Source of the DNA: Sulfurimonadaceae bacterium
Lineage (GTDB): Bacteria > Campylobacterota > Campylobacteria > Campylobacterales > Sulfurimonadaceae
Length of the DNA: 13,382 nt
Assembly (NCBI GenBank): GCA_041548245.1
Contig: JBFESZ010000055.1
Span: forward strand, 1-13,382
Direction of reading: 5' to 3'
Positions 1 to 5,385 of this stretch are shown here, piece by piece. The notes below the pieces were generated by a model. That model was not told the DNA's origin, ran no database searches, and saw nothing but the letters and a program-made list of their open reading frames with translations. Made by a program: the position numbers and the translations under genes. Positions within the stretch are counted from its first letter, which is position 1. Every line of letters begins with the position of its first letter.

Positions 1-116
1 ATACCACGTGGCTTGTCTTGATTAACAGCCCATGTAGCATTCTCTTCGAGATCAATGATCTCTTTTGGCATAATGTCTCTAAACTCAGGGTTGATTTTAT
101 AAATATCGATTGCCAT
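1..116 (-). CDS. porB: Five-subunit 2-oxoacid:ferredoxin oxidoreductase beta subunit, N-terminal fragment (runs off window); probable POR
   Basis: ATG at 116-114, 1 nt after the alpha-subunit stop. The frame is open to the window edge: MAIDIYKINPEFRDIMPKEIIDLEENATWAVNQDKPRG. It resembles the N-terminus of the beta paralog at 11988 (ITPAERFKKYLPKDYVELV). Identity rests mainly on position after alpha. Confidence 0.8.
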   Translation of the reverse strand, partial: MAIDIYKINPEFRDIMPKEIIDLEENATWAVNQDKPRG

Positions 117-117
117 G

Positions 118-1320
118 TTATGCTCCTTTTCCAGGGTTTAATTTTTCCATAACTTCTTTAATGATTGCTTCAGCTGGCATACTCATACCACCGGCAACTC
201 TAGGTCCGCCAACAACGTCAGCTTCAGACTTTTTATAAAGTGCTCTTGTTACTTCTTTTTCTAACCAGCCAACAACGTTGAACTCAGGTACGAAAACATG
301 CTTAACGCCTTCAAGTGCTGCAAGAAGCTCTTTTTCCGGGAATGGTCTGATAGTTCTTAATTTAACAACTTTCGACTTGATCCCTAATTTGTTCAATTCT
401 CTTTCTGCCTCTTTTGCCTGGTGAGAAGCTGTACCACATGTTACAAATGCGATCTCAGCATCTTCACTACCTGTAACATGTACAAGACCGTTTAGGTAGT
501 GTTCAGCATATGGACGTGAACGTTCAATTGCAGATCTGATTTCAAACTGCCATGAAGCATGCGTTGCATAAGAGATGTAGTTAGACTTCATTACAAATGG
601 ATCTCTTAAGAAACGTCCCGGAGGTGTTTCAGAGTCAATCGGAGGTAGTGGAGCTGCATACGGGTTATACGGATGAAGTGCAATGTCATCAGCCGGTAGC
701 ATTACAGATTCTCTTGTATGTGATACAAAGAAACCATCAACTGCAGTAATGATTGGCACGTGAACATCAGGCTTTTCAGCAACTGTAAATGCAGCAATTG
801 ACATGTCAAATAGCTCTTGAACATTTTCTGCATACCAGATCATACAACCAGTTTCTAGTAAGTAAGAAACTTCCAAGTTGTCCGGCTGAATAGTAAGTGG
901 CGAGTTAATACCACGAGCCATAAGGATCAGTTGACATGGAATACGTGTACCAGACCACTGAGCAAAGTTTTCCATCGCTCTAAGTGTACCTGGACCTGAA
1001 GTCGTAGTAATTGTTCTAGCACCTGCCATTGAACAACCAGCAACTTCAGACATAACACCAAATTCATTTTCCCCTCTAAAGTAGGTACCTACATAACCTT
1101 CAGCCCATAGTTCACCGATAAGGTGCGCTGCTTCAGATTGTGGTGTGATCGGGTACGATACAGATGCATCAACTGTACATCTTTTAACTGCTTCTTTCAA
1201 AACTTCAGAACCAGTCATGAAGTGCTTTTCTCTTGGAGCTTCGAAAAGCAAATGGTCTGCTGTAACTAATTTCTGTCCAGACCAGTTGTGTGTTGCTGTC
1301 ATATCAGTAATTTTACTCAT
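118..1320 (-). CDS. porA: Five-subunit pyruvate:ferredoxin oxidoreductase alpha subunit
   Basis: 400 aa with OFOR alpha motifs SYPITPQSE, GENEFGVMS, TTTSGPG, DGFFVSH and LRTIRPFP. Collinear paralog of 10782..11975. POR rather than OGOR is inferred from the E-D-A-B gene order. Confidence 0.85.
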   Translation of the reverse strand: MSKITDMTATHNWSGQKLVTADHLLFEAPREKHFMTGSEVLKEAVKRCTVDASVSYPITPQSEAAHLIGELWAEGYVGTYFRGENEFGVMSEVAGCSMAGARTITTTSGPGTLRAMENFAQWSGTRIPCQLILMARGINSPLTIQPDNLEVSYLLETGCMIWYAENVQELFDMSIAAFTVAEKPDVHVPIITAVDGFFVSHTRESVMLPADDIALHPYNPYAAPLPPIDSETPPGRFLRDPFVMKSNYISYATHASWQFEIRSAIERSRPYAEHYLNGLVHVTGSEDAEIAFVTCGTASHQAKEAERELNKLGIKSKVVKLRTIRPFPEKELLAALEGVKHVFVPEFNVVGWLEKEVTRALYKKSEADVVGGPRVAGGMSMPAEAIIKEVMEKLNPGKGA

Positions 1321-1333
1321 TATTATCTCCTAC

Positions 1334-1903
1334 CTATTTCCCAAGCTCAGCTTTAACTTCTTTAGCTATTTTGATGAATTTCTCAAGCTCTGAAGAATGC
1401 TGGTCTCTTAATGTAGCCATTGCATCTTCATGCCCTGACAAACCACAAATTGCGATTGTATAACAATCAGTCTCTGCTCTTACGATCTTTAATGCAACGT
1501 TTGCATAGTGACAGTGAACACCGATAAAGATCGCTGCTTTGATATTGTTATGCCAAATTGTTAAGTTTGGATGATTCGGATTGATCTCAACTTCAGCATC
1601 AATCTTTGGATATTTTGGTCTGTAGTCGTACATTGGAATCATTTTAGCGTTAAGAACTTCTGCCATCTCTTTGATAAGAGTAGCTTTTTTCTTAGCTTCT
1701 TCATTGAAACCATATAATACTTGTGGACCTGGGAAAATTGTTGCATTTTCTTTTGTCAACATCTGTTTTGCAATTTCTCTCATTGCAATTTCTTCATCTA
1801 CTACATCTTCTAATAGAAGTGCTTTTCCCTCTGGTGGTGTTATTACACCTTCATACGTAGCCGCAGGATACGGTGAATAGTACGCAGGACCTTGATTTGC
1901 CAT
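1334..1903 (-). CDS. porD: Five-subunit OFOR delta subunit (often auto-annotated as CO dehydrogenase beta subunit family)
   Basis: 189 aa with TIFPGPQVL, DYRPKYPKID, EINPNHPNLTI and GVHCHYAN, all shared with 10057..10770. AGAGGAG RBS upstream. Lies between the ferredoxin-like gene and alpha. Confidence 0.8.
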   Translation of the reverse strand: MANQGPAYYSPYPAATYEGVITPPEGKALLLEDVVDEEIAMREIAKQMLTKENATIFPGPQVLYGFNEEAKKKATLIKEMAEVLNAKMIPMYDYRPKYPKIDAEVEINPNHPNLTIWHNNIKAAIFIGVHCHYANVALKIVRAETDCYTIAICGLSGHEDAMATLRDQHSSELEKFIKIAKEVKAELGK

Positions 1904-1962
1904 AAGTTCTCCTCTAAATTTATTTACACTATAATTTGATTTTAATATAAATTATAGATCAA

Positions 1963-2187
1963 TTACTCTTCGTGACCAGCCATTTCCATTGTAATACAAT
2001 TACGATCTAGCATATCAGTACATACGTACACACATAGTGCACACCCCTTACATCTGTCTTCATCTACCCAAGCTGTGTTCCCAGCTTTATCGAACATTAG
2101 CGTATTCGCTTCTGGACAATAAAGCGTACAAGTATTACACTTGTACTCGTGACACATGTCTTTGTTGACTTTTGCTACATAATACAT
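1963..2187 (-). CDS. porE: Ferredoxin-like epsilon subunit of five-subunit OFOR, 74 aa, probably two [4Fe-4S] clusters
   Basis: The likely start is ATG at 2187 (MYYVAKVNKDMC...), preceded by GGAG (2193-2196). The ORF-track extension to 2313 is AT-rich intergenic-like sequence. Cys motifs: C-x4-C-x2-C-x3-CP and C-x2-C-x2-C-x3-C. Confidence 0.85.
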   Translation of the reverse strand: MYYVAKVNKDMCHEYKCNTCTLYCPEANTLMFDKAGNTAWVDEDRCKGCALCVYVCTDMLDRNCITMEMAGHEE

Positions 2188-2741
2188 TTCTACTCCATAT
2201 GATGACTTAACACGGATATTACTTAAATGTAGCATCAAAAAAACTATCAATATAAAATTATCTTTTTTGAACAAGTTTTTATATTCTTGATCAGCTACAT
2301 TTATGTTTTTCAAAAGCGATTCTACCCAAAAAAAACTTTGAATTCTCTTTAAATTAATAGATAAAATGTTTTTTATAAGTCATAAATACTGGGATAAAGC
2401 TGAGAAGTATGCTCTATGAAATGAATAATGTAATTTTAGCATTTATCTCATAAACAAAAAGCCAGAGATGAAAGTGACAATATAACAATACCTCTGTTGA
2501 AAGCCTGCACTGATGTGGATTTTAAAACCTTGGATGTCTCTTTGCCTATGCACAAATAGACATGTATATGAGTTGTTTTTTTGGTATGGATGGTCTGTTT
2601 TATCATTCTTGAAAGAAGTTTTATTGGCTGTCGGTTTTTTGAAAAAATTCTATTACAAAAAGTAACAAATTTGTTGACTGATCTATCCTGTCTGTTTGTC
2701 CATCTTAATAAAGTCTACTTTCAATAATCTATGAAAATGCA

Positions 2742-2868
2742 AAATACACAACGCAAAACAGCAGGTTGAGTACACTCTAAACACTTGGGAAACCTGTGAA
2801 TGTTCATGTATATACAATAGTAACACCTGCGATCGCTAAAGTAAGGCCGCAGGCACCACTTTATTTTT
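2742..2868 (+). ncRNA. Candidate structured RNA (leader/attenuator or sRNA), copy A, upstream of the dab operon
   Basis: Shares ordered blocks AAATACACA, ACAGCAGGTT, a TAYA-loop hairpin, CCTGT and CATGT with 9643-9706. Ends in a CCTGCG/CGCAGG hairpin plus T-rich tract. I do not recognise a known RNA family. Confidence 0.45.
2826..2868 (+). terminator. Putative intrinsic terminator/attenuator hairpin
   Basis: CCTGCG (2826-2831) pairs with CGCAGG (2848-2853). TTTATTTTT at 2860-2868 is offset 6 nt from the stem, so it is non-canonical. Confidence 0.4.
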
Positions 2869-2896
2869 ATACAAACCATATTTAAAAATATTAGTC

Positions 2897-2902
2897 TATA
2901 AT
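2897..2902 (+). promoter_or_regulatory. Possible sigma70 -10 box for the dab operon
   Basis: Perfect TATAAT about 145 nt upstream of the dabB start. The AT-rich context limits specificity. Confidence 0.35.
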
Positions 2903-3046
2903 TGCAAAGGTCTATAAGAAGGTGATTTTGATAAAACTTCATTGTTCAATTTAGAGATCGCTCAGTAACCCTGAGTAAATCAAAGCCAAATTCTATAGTG
3001 GTTAACAAATATTTTACGAATTTTTATGTGGATTACAGGAGTTTTA

Positions 3047-4657
3047 GTGGAAAAAATTATCTTGCTCATACCAGGCATACCAATTTTTATAGCATTTATT
3101 CTATTTTTTGTTAAAAAGAAAGAACACATTCCAAAGGTTAGTATCATTCTTTCAAGTATGGTAGCATTACTTGGATTGTACGGTACCTATTATGTTGTCA
3201 GTAACGATAAGCCGATAGAAGGCTTTGGGGGCTTGCTTATATATAATGAGTTGTCGGCAATTTTAGTTCCTTATGTCGCGATTCTAGGATTGGTGATTCG
3301 TAAGTATGCTACAAAATATATGTGGGATGAACCGGGTTACAAGAGATTTTTTGTTCTTTTGAACTTTATCTTTTCAGCCATTTATTTACTGGTAATGAGT
3401 AACAATCTAATTGTGCTTGCATTGGCTTGGCAGCTTATGAGTATCAGTCTTTACCTGCTTGTGTCATTCAATGTAGGTTCAGATTCTGCTGTTAAAAATG
3501 CCAAATGGACTATGATAATCCATAAGGGTGCTGACTTAGTGTTTATACTGGGAGTTGTCCTTACATATAAAACATTTGGAAGCTTTGATCTGGCGGTACT
3601 TAGCGAAAAATGGTTGGCGATGTCTCAAGCTCCGGTTGACAATCCGATCATATTTGTCATTGGACTATTGTTCTTAGTAGCAGCAATGATGAAATCTGCA
3701 ATCGCACCATTTCATATCTGGTTGCCTTACACATCTGAAGCACCAACACCAGTTTCAGCACTTATGCATGCGGGTGTTGTAAATGTAGGAGGGATCTTAC
3801 TCAATAAACTGGCGTATTTATTACTTTTGACACCAGCAGTTCTAAACATTGCCTTTGTTGTGGGTCTGTTCACAGCGATCTTTGCATCATTGGTTATGCT
3901 GGTTGTTTCTGATATCAAGCGCTCGCTTGGATATTCGACCGTAGGGCAGATGGGATATATGATTATGGAAGTCGGTCTAGGTGCCTTCTCTCTTGCGATC
4001 TACCATCTTATGGTTCATGGTATTTTCAAAGCCTCTCTTTTCTTAGAATCAGGTGCGTTAATTAAGTTGGCTAGACATGACTCAAACCTTCCAAAGCGCC
4101 TGACTTACGAGCTTTTTTGGGAAGAAAAAGTCAAGGGGACAAGTAAAAAGTTCTTTAACTATTTGGCGTTTTTTGCCATCTTGCCGGTTGTTGTTTTTAT
4201 CGGTATCAAAATGGTCTTAAGTGAAGAGTTTTTTGAATTTAACGCATCTATTGTAATCTTGGCATTTGCCTGGCTTACAGGTACACAGCTTTTTATGTCA
4301 TTTTTCAAAGTCTCTAAGACGGAATCACTTAAGGTGATATTAGCCTTAGTGAGTTCATTTATTATCGTTTTATTTACCTATGAATTTGTTGGGTTGGCAC
4401 TTGAGCACTTCATCTATGGACATGATGCGCTCTTGTTCTATAAGGCAGCGACACTGAATGTTACAACGATCATGTTGGTTGTCGTATTGGCCGCTATCAT
4501 GATCATTGGATGGCTGTTTACGTATAAGCAACATTATGTAGAGCTACCGAAGGGTGAACATAAATCCAACAGTTTTAAATGGTTCTTTTATAAGTTCCTG
4601 GTAAAAGAGGGATACTATTTTACGCTATTGAAAATCTTTAAAAAGGGTAGATCATGA
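3047..4657 (+). CDS. dabB: DAB inorganic carbon transporter membrane subunit (NuoL/MrpA-like proton-conducting protein)
   Basis: Multi-TM protein with AMMKSAIAPFHIWLP, EAPTPVSALMHAGVVN, DIKRSLGYSTVGQMG and HGIFKASLFL. Upstream of a DabA gene. The start is most likely GTG 3047 (AGGAG at 3037-3041), giving 536 aa, rather than ATG 3026. Confidence 0.9.
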   Translation: MEKIILLIPGIPIFIAFILFFVKKKEHIPKVSIILSSMVALLGLYGTYYVVSNDKPIEGFGGLLIYNELSAILVPYVAILGLVIRKYATKYMWDEPGYKRFFVLLNFIFSAIYLLVMSNNLIVLALAWQLMSISLYLLVSFNVGSDSAVKNAKWTMIIHKGADLVFILGVVLTYKTFGSFDLAVLSEKWLAMSQAPVDNPIIFVIGLLFLVAAMMKSAIAPFHIWLPYTSEAPTPVSALMHAGVVNVGGILLNKLAYLLLLTPAVLNIAFVVGLFTAIFASLVMLVVSDIKRSLGYSTVGQMGYMIMEVGLGAFSLAIYHLMVHGIFKASLFLESGALIKLARHDSNLPKRLTYELFWEEKVKGTSKKFFNYLAFFAILPVVVFIGIKMVLSEEFFEFNASIVILAFAWLTGTQLFMSFFKVSKTESLKVILALVSSFIIVLFTYEFVGLALEHFIYGHDALLFYKAATLNVTTIMLVVVLAAIMIIGWLFTYKQHYVELPKGEHKSNSFKWFFYKFLVKEGYYFTLLKIFKKGRS

Positions 4658-5385
4658 TGCCTGATATTGCATTGTTTTTATTGGCCGCTGGAATACCTTA
4701 CTATATTCTTCTAGAAAAAGTGAGTTTTGTTAAAAGTCAACATATCTTTTTATTAAGTGGCACACTGCTTTTGTCTGCTGTTGTGCTTTCGCGGTTTGTG
4801 CCTAATGAACACGCTGCACCGTATGTTATTGTGGCTCTTGTAAGCTCTATGTTCTCGATTTATAAGGCGACAAAGACAACAAACTTTTACAAGCTTGGTT
4901 ATTATCTTATATTTGTGAATGCCCCGTTTTTTATTCTTTTTGAGAATGACGGTGCGATGTACAGTCTCTCCCTATTGGTGTCGCTAACGGGTATTTACTT
5001 GATTGCAAAGTTTTATGAAAAGAACTATGGAAGTGCTAATTATCACCATATTACGGGTATTACGTTGGTTAGACCATATATCGGTACTTCCTTGACCTTT
5101 TATTTGATCGCTTTGGCACTGTATCCACCTTTTCCAAACTCTTTGTATTTCTTAGGTTATATTTTTAACAGTGAACCAAGCCTGCTTTGGACCATTGTGA
5201 TTGTTACTCTGTTTTTCGGTAACTTTTTCCTTGCCATGAGAGTAATGAAAAAGACACTGTTTGGTAGACCAAATTCAAATATTCATTATGTTCATATGAC
5301 GTCAAAAGAGAAGGCAATGCACCTTGTTATCATTGTCTTGCTCTTACTGCTTAGCGTAAATGGATTTAAGGAGATGCTATTATGA
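4654..5385 (+). CDS. Additional membrane subunit of the DAB complex; degenerate antiporter-like (NuoM/NuoN/MrpD C-terminal half) protein
   Basis: 243 aa, hydrophobic throughout. ATGA overlaps with both dabB (4654-4657) and dabA (5382-5385). The segment ITGITLVRP..IALALYPPFPN resembles the GL..P..LAGxPPF motif of antiporter-like subunits. Confidence 0.75.
   Translation: MMPDIALFLLAAGIPYYILLEKVSFVKSQHIFLLSGTLLLSAVVLSRFVPNEHAAPYVIVALVSSMFSIYKATKTTNFYKLGYYLIFVNAPFFILFENDGAMYSLSLLVSLTGIYLIAKFYEKNYGSANYHHITGITLVRPYIGTSLTFYLIALALYPPFPNSLYFLGYIFNSEPSLLWTIVIVTLFFGNFFLAMRVMKKTLFGRPNSNIHYVHMTSKEKAMHLVIIVLLLLLSVNGFKEMLL

Noticed and set aside
1334-1903. CO dehydrogenase/acetyl-CoA synthase subunit interpretation of the two delta genes
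   Set aside because: No CODH/ACS catalytic genes are present. Both lie in OFOR alpha-beta(-gamma) operons, as expected for PorD/ForD.
2188-2313. 42-aa N-terminal extension of the ferredoxin ORF (track start 2313)
   Set aside because: No RBS at 2313, and the sequence is AT-rich and promoter-like. The ATG at 2187 has a GGAG RBS and gives a typical ferredoxin length.
2721-2942. 73-aa minus-strand ORF, and the 64-aa minus ORF at 9719..9913
   Set aside because: No recognisable motifs or convincing RBS. They overlap the candidate RNA/promoter elements and are likely chance ORFs.
2700-3046. TPP riboswitch (expected near TPP-dependent enzymes) or other known riboswitch
   Set aside because: No CTGAGA...CCTGA...GCGTAGG-type TPP core or other recognisable aptamer consensus in the dab or for upstream regions by eye. 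An Rfam scan is needed to exclude this formally.
3047-4657. Respiratory complex I NuoL or Mrp antiporter
   Set aside because: No other nuo/mrp genes, the TM5 Glu is absent, and the gene is coupled to a DUF2309/DabA gene.
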